Shown in pieces: positions 1-9,102 of a stretch of 64,000 bases of DNA (positions within the stretch are counted from its first letter, which is position 1; each line of letters opens with the position of its first letter). The stretch is from Amphiscolops sp. MND2022 (taxonomy: Eukaryota), in NCBI GenBank assembly GCA_964187785.1, contig OZ076412.1:64418001-64482000 (forward strand), written 5' to 3'. Both the position numbers and the translations under genes were made by a program. The notes under the pieces were generated by a model. That model worked only from the letters and a program-made list of their open reading frames with translations. It made no database searches and was not told the DNA's origin.

Positions 1-64
1 CAAGATTGTTTTCAAAAGTGTTTAACAAATTTTCAATTAAAATTATCCAATTTTTACAAATATA

Positions 65-69
65 TATAC
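65..69. other. Target-site duplication TATAC (left copy)
   Basis: TATAC immediately before TGT at 70; identical TATAC at 16051-16055. Confidence 0.93.
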
Positions 70-702
70 TGTCACAGCCGCCACAGGGCCGTGAAATAAT
101 AAGAACAGAGAGAACGCCAGAGGAAAGAAATGGAGAAATTAACCAAGAAGAAGCTAATAAACCATCACAAACCTGAAAGGAAACAATCAACAAACAAACA
201 CTCATTGATATTGAACAACCCTGTAAGTGCATAATATTAATATCATCAATCCTCTGCAGTACCTGAAATACATAAATATGTAAATAATTAAATAATAATA
301 ACTTGTTGTAAATGTGATTTGTTTGCAGTAGCTTGACCAGTACGCTGATTGAAGTTATTCCAACCAGCGCACTGACCAGCCAACCGTCCCAATATCTGCG
401 TAGCAAAACACACTAATTCTCACTGTCCTTTTAATTAACCAATCAGCGCCAAGCGCGAATGTGCAGTATTAACTCAGCTACTATACTCGTCAAGCCACCA
501 GTCAGCAAAGACTGGGACGCACGCCTGGGAGCTCGATCGAATTAATCAAAGTGCTAATATATTAAGTGACGTCACGTGTGAAGTGAATACAAATCCAAAG
601 CTTAGAAGAAGCTTAAATTGTGCAGTATTCAATAGTGAAGATCGAAAACGTAATATTTATAGCATGAAAAGGTGTGATTGAAGATTTGTCGATCCCGATA
701 AT

Positions 703-845
703 TGGGACGACCGCCGGGACGACCGTTCTAAATTTATAATCTGGGACGACCACCGGGACGACCGTTCTAAATTTATAATCTGGGACGACCACCGGGACGA
801 CCGTTCTAAATTTATAATCTGGGACGACCGCCGGGACGCTCGTTC
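703..845. repeat. 39-bp tandem repeat (~3.6 copies) in U3, each unit with two GGGACG(ACC) motifs
   Basis: Unit TGGGACGACCACCGGGACGACCGTTCTAAATTTATAATC starting at 703, 742, 781 and 820 (partial). Confidence 0.95.
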
Positions 846-1693
846 AGTCACTCTAACTGATCAATCAAGTACAAATAATCGATGCTAACTCTAGATAAAT
901 GTTTTGTGGCTTAAAAGAAGCTAAATATCAAAAGTACTTCCAATGAGTAATAATCGATGATGCTTGTAGTATTTTTAACGTGTTCGGTCCACCTTGTAGT
1001 TGAGTCAACTTCCCAGGCGGAGCGCTAAATTTCTTTAATATTACAAGAGCCTGGACAGCTGACCGAACGTATTCAATTAATACATGCCCTATAGTTAACC
1101 TAATAACAATGTTGCCCCTGTTAAATGTGATATTTGACGATAATATAGTAAAACAACCCCCAGTGCTGCCTTTTCCAGTCCTCACATGCAATGTTTTGTT
1201 AATACATAGTTGAGTCAATAGCCCGGTCAAACGGCCAGGTCACTCTAAATGAAATTCGTTACCTGGCGTTCACCCAGGACTTTTTCGTTAGCTTCAATTT
1301 AAAGTGCTAATTAACGGCCATAATCATCTGATTTAGAAGAAATCAGTGCTGTTAGTTTATTTCTTTGATGTTTCCCTCAAATTACTAGTAGTAAAATTTG
1401 GGATTGTTCGGTGATAATTTCATTTCCTTTTCCCGCTTCAGTAGCTAGGTGCATGAATTTCAGTGCCAACTTCACCTTCGGCGTCTTGAAAAGGCGGGGA
1501 ATGAAGAAGAAAGGGACGCGGAATTGGGAAGCGGCAGGAAGTGAATTCCCACTTTTCTTTAAAGTGGGTTGAAGCCGAATGCCGAGTCCCGAGGAAGAGT
1601 ACCTTATTTGGATTTCCCCGCTTCGGAAAAGACGCCGAGGTGAACAAGGTGTGAATTCACGCGCGGGGTTTTCTCCGCGTGTCTAGCGTAAAG

Positions 1694-1701
1694 TATAAAT
1701 A
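1694..1701 (+). promoter_or_regulatory. Candidate LTR TATA box (TATAAATA)
   Basis: Consensus TATA following a GC-rich block (1420-1690) and ~230 nt upstream of the gag ATG; positionally matched by a TATA run in the related LTR. Confidence 0.55.
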
Positions 1702-1928
1702 CCTGAAGCGGGATTAGGAAAAGTTAGTTGACAATTTTATTTTTTCAAGTGCGTTTGATTAATCATTCTCCAGAAATTTTGCTTTTGTAATAATCGTGTT
1801 AATTACTTTTACTTAATATAATTCCTTTTGTTTCAGAAAACTTTGGAAAATCACTGAACTGAAGTCTCCATTACGTTTGTAACGACTCAAGTTTAATTGG
1901 AATATTGTTTCTCCACTATTTTTACAAG

Positions 1929-3344
1929 ATGCCTGAGCAATCTCAAAAACGAAAGTTGAGGAGTGACCAGTCGACTAGCCAGTTCGACGTAGAAACCGCG
2001 AGTTCTATCAACGACGAAAACACCGTACTTTCGGAAAGGGATTTTGAAGACATATCCAATAAAATTGAGAATAGAATTTCCAAGCGTCTTAAAGACACTG
2101 AACTCAATCAACGCGAGATATTAAAATTGATTGAGAACCTGTCGTCTAAAGTTGACAACCTCTCGAGCGTCAATTCTGAACAAGGTTACTTGACGACCAG
2201 AACTGAGAATAACGGAAACCCTACTGAAGAGCTAGAAGAAGTTAGTTTGTCTAGGAACGAGAGTTCCAACATGGTGACAGGAGTAATTAGCGAACCGACC
2301 TCCAGCAACACCCACCCCCGGTCTTCGAGCCTGCCGCCTCCAAACCAGAGGCACTCCGACGAAATCATCGACAAGCTGTTAGAATCCCTGTACGCAACAC
2401 AGCAACAGACAGCACAATTACCCCGTCTACCAAAAACGCTTGCCACGACAATGCCAACATTCGACGGTAAAAACGAAAAGTTTGAACTCTTCGAAGATTT
2501 GTTTCAAACAAGCTTGAAGGTCCATCCCCAAATAACGGAGCAAGAGAAAATACATTATTTCCACTCCCTACTGCGAGGAGACGCCTTGCAAACCTTTCGG
2601 AACATGACCGAAACAACCAAAACCAACCTGAACGACATCATCGCCGGATTCAGACGACGATATGTAAAAACCCAGTCAATAGCCACTGCTAGGTGTAAGT
2701 GGGAAAACCTCACATTCGACCCGGCGAACCAAACATTCCAAGATTTCTTGGAGAACTACCAGAAACTTGCCCAAGAGGCATACGCCGACGATGCACCCCG
2801 CTTTATAGAAACCTCCTTCTACGCAAAAATGCCGATACATCTCAAAAGAGTGTTAAATCAGGCACGCCTCGAAACAGCATCATATGAAACGATGGTCCAG
2901 CACCTAGAGCGGGAGATGGAGCTCAACGGATTGGCAAATCCAGAATCCACTACATTTACCGGCATACACAATGTCGAACCCGCCAACACATCCAATCAGG
3001 GGCGACACCCGAAAACTGCAAGCACGTGTTTTGGCTGCGGACACCAGGGCCACCTCCTCCGCAACTGCAGGAAGACAAACCGAGACAAACGGAACCAAAA
3101 ACCCCCCAACAATAACATCACCGACCCCTGCGAAACATGTGGCAAATTAAGCCACGAGACTAAAGACTGCTATTCTGGGGCGAACTGGGCAAACCGCCCT
3201 ACATGGTGGAAAATGCCTAAATCAACAGGCGCCAACAGTATACCCCTACCACAACAAACTGCACCCGAAACTATCCAACAACCTTCAGCAAATCAGCAGC
3301 CACAAACCGTGGCACAACCACAATACCAGCCAAAAAACTACTAA
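1929..3344 (+). CDS. gag: Gag with two CCHC zinc knuckles; N-terminal ~114 codons lie inside the LTR
   Basis: Capsid-like MPTFDGKNEKFELFEDLF...YFHSLLRGDA; knuckles CFGCGHQGHLLRNC and CETCGKLSHETKDC. ORF is open from 1905; first ATG is 1929, alternative ATG at 2271. Confidence 0.92.
   Translation: MPEQSQKRKLRSDQSTSQFDVETASSINDENTVLSERDFEDISNKIENRISKRLKDTELNQREILKLIENLSSKVDNLSSVNSEQGYLTTRTENNGNPTEELEEVSLSRNESSNMVTGVISEPTSSNTHPRSSSLPPPNQRHSDEIIDKLLESLYATQQQTAQLPRLPKTLATTMPTFDGKNEKFELFEDLFQTSLKVHPQITEQEKIHYFHSLLRGDALQTFRNMTETTKTNLNDIIAGFRRRYVKTQSIATARCKWENLTFDPANQTFQDFLENYQKLAQEAYADDAPRFIETSFYAKMPIHLKRVLNQARLETASYETMVQHLEREMELNGLANPESTTFTGIHNVEPANTSNQGRHPKTASTCFGCGHQGHLLRNCRKTNRDKRNQKPPNNNITDPCETCGKLSHETKDCYSGANWANRPTWWKMPKSTGANSIPLPQQTAPETIQQPSANQQPQTVAQPQYQPKNY
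2272..2284 (+). other. Primer-binding site, tRNA-Leu-like
   Basis: TGGTGACAGGAGT abuts the LTR end; one mismatch to TGGTGTCAGGAGT, the complement of the 3' end of eukaryotic tRNA-Leu(CAG) as I recall it. Confidence 0.75.
3332..3338 (+). promoter_or_regulatory. -1 programmed ribosomal frameshift slippery site A AAA AAC
   Basis: Canonical X XXY YYZ heptamer in the gag frame one codon before the last gag codon; the -1 frame is open from 3332 through 3431 into pol; weak hairpin GTCTTCG-CTT-CGGGGAC at 3351-3367. Confidence 0.85.
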
Positions 3345-6300
3345 AGCCACGTCTTCGCTTCGGGGACTACACCGACTTCAGATACTACACCATATCTGAA
3401 CCCCCGAAGGACTTCGACAAGGAATTATTTATGGAATGCTCAGGTGAACCATCGATCGACTGGCAGCGACGATGGCTCATAAGACGCATCATCAAATTCA
3501 ACAAAAACACCTTGGACAAACTCCCCTACCCAGAGTGGTACACCCAAAACCCCACCCAATACAACACAACACGCAGACCATTACTTCCCAGCTCCACACC
3601 CGAAACTTACATCTACGACCCCGACTTCGAATGCGACCCATACTACAACGATACTCTATATGACTCAACAAACCTTGTCTTCAGACAGTCAATCAACGTA
3701 CCATTTCATGAATTCATAGCCAAAACCAACATGGACATCTCGACAACTCCAAGAAGGAAAGACGACCTCAGTCATACTCCCGAACCACAGGCTGAAGAAG
3801 AATACGACACAGAAATCACTGTGATCGTAACACCTCCAACGACTTCCCTCAAGTCAATCCTCAAACACAATAATCAATCGCCACTGGTTGACTTCCAGTC
3901 ACCCACGAAACTCCCAGCCACCCCCAATGAAATCCGGGCAGCTATGACGTCGTCCCCCTCCAGTCCAGAGAGTCCTGAACATAAATACTCCACCCCTAAA
4001 ACCCTGGTTGACGACACAAAAGCCGGGGACCAAAAAATTGCAAGTCAACCCACAACACAACCGAGAACTCGCCGCGTCAAACGAACTCTGACCTGCGAAT
4101 TCAACCAGCAAACAGAAGCTAAAACAGCGACAAACAGCCCACTCATCACTACCCAAACCCTAAGAGAAGAGCCAACCAACCTAGAACAAGATGAAGAATG
4201 GATTCAAACCAACAAACAATTGCATGAAATTGCAATTACAGACCCAGAAACAAGCGAAAAATGCATACCAATTTTTTCGGCCATCAATCTGAAAAAGAAA
4301 AGGAAAATGCTCTTCGCCCCGATGGATTTCAACAACATTTCAGTCGACGCGCTTGTTGACTCCGGAGCACTCGTCAACTGCTTACCAGAAAGTGAATTCC
4401 AGAAACTCAAAACAGTAAGCCCAGACAACATCCTCAAGGAAATGGATCCACCAACCTTTAAATTGCAGGTCGCAAACGGCGAGATAGAAACCCCCACAAA
4501 AACAGTTCAACTACAATTTGAACTAGGCGACTGGACGTTCAAAGAGACGTTCATCGTAGCCACAAAGATGACAGGGCCCATCCTCGGACTAACCTTTCTT
4601 AAAAACAATAGCGCAATCCTCGACGTCAGTCAGGCCCTCTTACATTTCCCTCACCTGACTTATGCAATTTCTGCAGACGATAACGAGACAATCTCAAGAC
4701 AACATAAAGTCACTACCAAAACCCAACTCACCATCATGCCCGACCAGTGTGTAACAATTGAAGCCGGCATCAACCTACGTACCCTGACAAACACCACAGG
4801 AATCATCAACCCTACTGAACCATACTCCGGAGAACACCAACTGGTAGTAGCCAGCTCTCTATCAACAGTTACAAACTCCAAAATCGAAATCAGGGTTACC
4901 AACACATCTCCAAACCCATTCACCCTCAAAAAGAACACAAATATTGCAGAATTCACCATTCTATACCCCCAGGAAGCCAAGCAACTCCACCCACTCAACT
5001 CTGCAGCCCTAAAGGTATTAGCAGAAGACGATTCCGAACAGGCGCTAGAATATGTAAACGAACTCCTCAAATCGTCTGAAAAACCTCAGACTGTTCAAAA
5101 TTTCTGGTTCCCCACACCGGAAAACCCAGGAGACCCATCAACACACACACCTATCCAGAGCAGGATACTGAGAGAAATAGAAGAACTGGAAAACATCCAG
5201 AAACTCAATCCTCATGACAGCCCTGAGGACAGAGCAACTTTCCTATCCAATTTCAAATGGACGGATTCACAACTCAGTGATGAAGACAAAAAGGACATAG
5301 AAGCAATCCTTGTAGAATACAACGATATCTTCGCAAGGCACCGCCTTGATATCGGAATCAACAACGAATTCAAAATAAAGCTCACCCCCAAATCCGAACA
5401 GCCAGCGTACACTCAAAGCCTACCCTGCCCAGTCAACCTGAAAGACGACTTGACAGTCGAATTGGCGTTAATGCACTACTACGGCATAATCACCACGCTC
5501 CCTTTCAGCAAGTACGCAAGCCCAATATTTGCCCAAAGAAAACCAAACGGACGCCTACGATTGCTAGTTGACTTACGAAAGATCAACAACCTCATTTCCG
5601 ACGATTATATAAAAAATAATCACCCTGTGAGCACCCTCTCGGATGCAGCTCAGCATTTAGCCGGAAAGAAACTGTTTTGCAAGCTTGACTGTTCTCAAGC
5701 CTACCATGTCCTGCAAATGGCGGACCAGAAATCAGTGGAACTCCTGGCGTTCAACTTTGCCAGTCGGACATTCGCCTACCTGCGACTCGCACAAGGGCTC
5801 AGCAGATCTCTCTCCTCCTTCTCGAGCTTTATGCGGGAGTACCTTGACCGAGTCATCAAAGCCGACAAGTGCGCCCAGTACGTCGACGACATCCGGATAG
5901 CTACCCATACTGCCGAGGAGCTGAAGAACAACCTGCGTGAGGTCTTTCAGTGCATAAGAGAAGCAGGTCTGCGTCTGACAATGGCTAAATGCCAGTTCGG
6001 TGCCAAGGAAGTCGAATTCCTTGGACGAACAGTCTCACCCGAAGGAATCGCCCCACAGAGTCACAAGATCAAGAACTACCTACAAAAACTGTCGTTCCCA
6101 AAAACCAAAAAGGGCCTCCAGAGGTATATTGGTTTCGTTAATTATTATCGGAACTACATACCTCGCCTCTCCGAAAAGATAGCACCCTTCCACGAATTAG
6201 TCAAGGCAGACAAACCAATCAAGATCACAAACGAGATCATCGGGACATTCGACAACATCAACAAGGCACTTGACAACGCTTGTGGGCTATGGCTGAAACA

Positions 6301-8707
6301 ACCACTACCCAACAAACAGTACGTCCTCATGACAGACGCGAACTTCAAAAATGCAGGCTACGCCCTCATGATTGAAGAAAACGCTGATGAAAAACTGACC
6401 TCAGTTAAAAAGACTTACGCCCCGGTAGCGTTTGGTTCCAAGACATTCTCTCCGTCCCAAATCAAAATGTCAATATATGCCAAAGAATTCTTGGCTATAT
6501 ATTTCGCCTTCATGGAATACAGCCACATAGTGTGGGGATCGACCAAACCGGTCATCGTCCTAACAGACAACAAGTCCGTCACACGGTTTTTTCAAACCAA
6601 AATAATACCACCAGCCTTGTGGAACGCCTGCAATTTCGTCCTACAATTCAACTTTACGATCGCCCACGTCCCAGGGCGCATGAACACCGCAGCTGATTTC
6701 CTTTCCCGACTTGACCTAGACCCAAAGGAAAAAGTCCAACTCTTGATCCGAGACGACATTCAAACAACACCAATAGAGGTACACATTCAATCCTCCAACG
6801 TCGCAGAAGAGGAACAGTTCTACTTCCTCCCCGACGATGATATTGAAACCGAAGAACAAATTTGGGAGAGGAAGCAAAGAGCCCGCAAGAAAATTCTAGG
6901 GAACGACACCCCGCCAACGCCAGGAGAAGAAGCAAATAATGAAACAGTCCAAACAGAAGACACCACAGTCATATTTCAAACGGAAATAACAAGACACAAC
7001 AAAACCACCGAAGACAAAGAAAACACCCTCCCAACTGACATGCGACACCAACAGGACCAAGACAGTGTCCTCAGAAACTACAAACTGCGCCTCCTCAAGG
7101 AACCATACGATGAACACCTGATGGCCACAGACCACAGGGCACTCCGTTACACAGCGCAAGAATCGAGAATCATACTCAAGGACGGGCTGCTATACCGGCA
7201 GTACTTCGGAGAAACCGGAACAGTCCAACACCTGCAAGTACTACTCCCGGAGCATCTGGTCGACTCCTTCATCGAGGCACACCATGGAATGCACAACAAA
7301 CACCAGGGAATAACGAAAGTAATACAACAATGCAGAGAAAAGTATTACTACCCAAGTCTCGCAGCAAGGATAGCCAAACATATCAACCAATGCATGAAAT
7401 GCATGCAAACAAAACGAACAGACAATCGCCTCCTAACCCCACCAATGATCGACACGTCCAAACTGGCAATGGGACCCGAAGATGCCCTACAAATGGACAT
7501 CGTCCCCTTCGACGAGCCATCCAACGGATTCACAGCGATAGTCACCGCCATGGACGTCTTTTCCCGCTATCTATTTACCTATTGTGTCACCAAAATAGAT
7601 GCCCGCTCGATCGCAAGAGTACTGGTAGACATAATGACAAGACATGCTTACCTGCCCACAACGATCATAACTGACAAAGGAACTCAATTCATGTCCGAAG
7701 TAATGGCTGACACCACACGCGTTCTAGGCATCCAATTGAGACACGCAACTACCAAACATGCCCAAACAATTGGTATCCTAGAACGCTGTCATGCATCCTT
7801 AAAAGAAGCCCTGAAAATATCAACAGGAGAAAGGAGAACAATGTGGCACCAGTTCGTACCAACCGCCACACTAAACTACAACACAACCTACCACTCAGCA
7901 CTAGGGTGCGAACCCAGTAGAGTATTCCATGGCAGAATACCATACAATGTGCTTGACTTAAAGTTCGGTCTCAAACAGAACCAAACCCAAAACCCAAAAA
8001 CAGACATAGGCGAAGAAGTCGTCCAGAAGACCCGGATGCTACACCAATCAGTAACCAAACACCTCCTCCACTCCTACATACGGTACAAACAGTACTACGA
8101 TAAAAAAGCTTCTGCCCACCCCCTAGCAGCAAACGATTACTGCTACGCCTTACACCCCCAGGCAAACAACCAGGGATCGAAACTACCTTTCCGCGAGTAT
8201 TTATGGACAGGACCATTCGTAGTAGTTAAAACCCTTCCCAACAACAACTACCTAGTTCGTAAATTACAAACGAACAAGACCCAAATTCTACACAGGATAC
8301 GACTGAAACCATGTCCCACGAAAAATCGCCTTCCCGATATACAAGTTCAAACCAAGGACTTTCAACCAGACGATGAAGTTGAAATCCTACACGATGACCT
8401 ATACGCCCTAGCCTGGCAATCAGGGTTTGAACACTTCGTGATGACCCATAACCACGATTCCAACAACGAATCGGCAATCAACCCGACCGATAGTCATGAC
8501 GTCTTAGAAAACATTGCCCAGGATGACACCCACGATATCCTAACGGAACCCCAACCCGAACAACAGGAATCCCAACCAGAACCCAACCCAAACCCAGAGC
8601 CTAGTTCCCCCCGCAAAGGCAAATATAACCTTCGCAGCAACCCCCCTTCAAATTGGAAAAGGGACTACGCCTACTACAACCCAATGGTTGTTAGCTCAAA
8701 CGAATAA
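3332..8707 (+). CDS. pol: Pol polyprotein: aspartic protease, reverse transcriptase, RNase H, integrase (expressed as Gag-Pol)
   Basis: PR LVDSGA; RT LDCSQAYH, LAQGL, YVDD; RNase H MTDAN, AKEFLAI, LTDNKS, AADFLSR; IN HHGMHNKH..CMKC, QMDIV, ITDKG, ILERCH. Gypsy domain order; no internal stops. Confidence 0.96.
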   Translation, partial: KKLLKPRLRFGDYTDFRYYTISEPPKDFDKELFMECSGEPSIDWQRRWLIRRIIKFNKNTLDKLPYPEWYTQNPTQYNTTRRPLLPSSTPETYIYDPDFECDPYYNDTLYDSTNLVFRQSINVPFHEFIAKTNMDISTTPRRKDDLSHTPEPQAEEEYDTEITVIVTPPTTSLKSILKHNNQSPLVDFQSPTKLPATPNEIRAAMTSSPSSPESPEHKYSTPKTLVDDTKAGDQKIASQPTTQPRTRRVKRTLTCEFNQQTEAKTATNSPLITTQTLREEPTNLEQDEEWIQTNKQLHEIAITDPETSEKCIPIFSAINLKKKRKMLFAPMDFNNISVDALVDSGALVNCLPESEFQKLKTVSPDNILKEMDPPTFKLQVANGEIETPTKTVQLQFELGDWTFKETFIVATKMTGPILGLTFLKNNSAILDVSQALLHFPHLTYAISADDNETISRQHKVTTKTQLTIMPDQCVTIEAGINLRTLTNTTGIINPTEPYSGEHQLVVASSLSTVTNSKIEIRVTNTSPNPFTLKKNTNIAEFTILYPQEAKQLHPLNSAALKVLAEDDSEQALEYVNELLKSSEKPQTVQNFWFPTPENPGDPSTHTPIQSRILREIEELENIQKLNPHDSPEDRATFLSNFKWTDSQLSDEDKKDIEAILVEYNDIFARHRLDIGINNEFKIKLTPKSEQPAYTQSLPCPVNLKDDLTVELALMHYYGIITTLPFSKYASPIFAQRKPNGRLRLLVDLRKINNLISDDYIKNNHPVSTLSDAAQHLAGKKLFCKLDCSQAYHVLQMADQKSVELLAFNFASRTFAYLRLAQGLSRSLSSFSSFMREYLDRVIKADKCAQYVDDIRIATHTAEELKNNLREVFQCIREAGLRLTMAKCQFGAKEVEFLGRTVSPEGIAPQSHKIKNYLQKLSFPKTKKGLQRYIGFVNYYRNYIPRLSEKIAPFHELVKADKPIKITNEIIGTFDNINKALDNACGLWLKQPLPNKQYVLMTDANFKNAGYALMIEENADEKLTSVKKTYAPVAFGSKTFSPSQIKMSIYAKEFLAIYFAFMEYSHIVWGSTKPVIVLTDNKSVTRFFQTKIIPPALWNACNFVLQFNFTIAHVPGRMNTAADFLSRLDLDPKEKVQLLIRDDIQTTPIEVHIQSSNVAEEEQFYFLPDDDIETEEQIWERKQRARKKILGNDTPPTPGEEANNETVQTEDTTVIFQTEITRHNKTTEDKENTLPTDMRHQQDQDSVLRNYKLRLLKEPYDEHLMATDHRALRYTAQESRIILKDGLLYRQYFGETGTVQHLQVLLPEHLVDSFIEAHHGMHNKHQGITKVIQQCREKYYYPSLAARIAKHINQCMKCMQTKRTDNRLLTPPMIDTSKLAMGPEDALQMDIVPFDEPSNGFTAIVTAMDVFSRYLFTYCVTKIDARSIARVLVDIMTRHAYLPTTIITDKGTQFMSEVMADTTRVLGIQLRHATTKHAQTIGILERCHASLKEALKISTGERRTMWHQFVPTATLNYNTTYHSALGCEPSRVFHGRIPYNVLDLKFGLKQNQTQNPKTDIGEEVVQKTRMLHQSVTKHLLHSYIRYKQYYDKKASAHPLAANDYCYALHPQANNQGSKLPFREYLWTGPFVVVKTLPNNNYLVRKLQTNKTQILHRIRLKPCPTKNRLPDIQVQTKDFQPDDEVEILHDDLYALAWQSGFEHFVMTHNHDSNNESAINPTDSHDVLENIAQDDTHDILTEPQPEQQESQPEPNPNPEPSSPRKGKYNLRSNPPSNWKRDYAYYNPMVVSSNE

Positions 8708-9102
8708 ACTTTCAATATGAATTCATGAAATGGTACACCTACTACTCACTCAATTGACCTGAAACTGACTGAAATCCCTACAACTCAGCTATAAACTCAA
8801 TAGAAAACGAAATCGAGGAGCAAGAAAATATATTGGTCAAATGCCCCATACGTTTTACTCGACTAAGCCAAGACCCGCAGAGGAGCCCAGTTTTCAATCA
8901 ACCTCTTTAAATTCATTTGGTATCGCTCAGTAAATGGATACACCAACAATGATGTCCGAAGACGCAAATCAAATTACAAATATGTACGATCAACAAAATC
9001 ATCAACCAACTATATGGCTACGAAATGGAAAATCGAGAAATTCTATAAATTAACATCAACATCAAAAGTTAGCAAAGTTTAACGTCGACCCATCAAGAAA
9101 GT

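Larger units (their letters stand above)
70..2271 (+). repeat. 5' LTR (2202 bp)
   Basis: Starts TGTCACAGCCGCC, ends GAGTTCCAACA; matches 13849-16050 with about 10 substitutions found by eye (e.g. near 134, 339, 928, 1451, 1746, 1835, 1937, 2091, 2116). Confidence 0.97.

Noticed and set aside
703-845. CRISPR-like array, or the 64-aa repeat ORF (657-851)
   Set aside because: Units are contiguous with no unique spacers, there are no cas genes, and the array lies inside a eukaryotic LTR; the ORF is only the translation of a 39-bp repeat.
928-1230. 100-aa antisense ORF in U3 (and copy 14644-15009)
   Set aside because: Non-ATG start, no motif, and the stop differs between the two LTRs.
1723-1836. 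Sense intron in the LTR leader (GTTAGT..CTTAAT..TTTCAG)
   Set aside because: The donor would sit at about the predicted TSS, a sense intron should be lost on retrotransposition, and the AG is GG in the 3' LTR; left unsupported.
2186-8477. Numerous short ORFs overlapping gag and pol
   Set aside because: Shadow frames of the A/C-rich coding strand; no independent signals.
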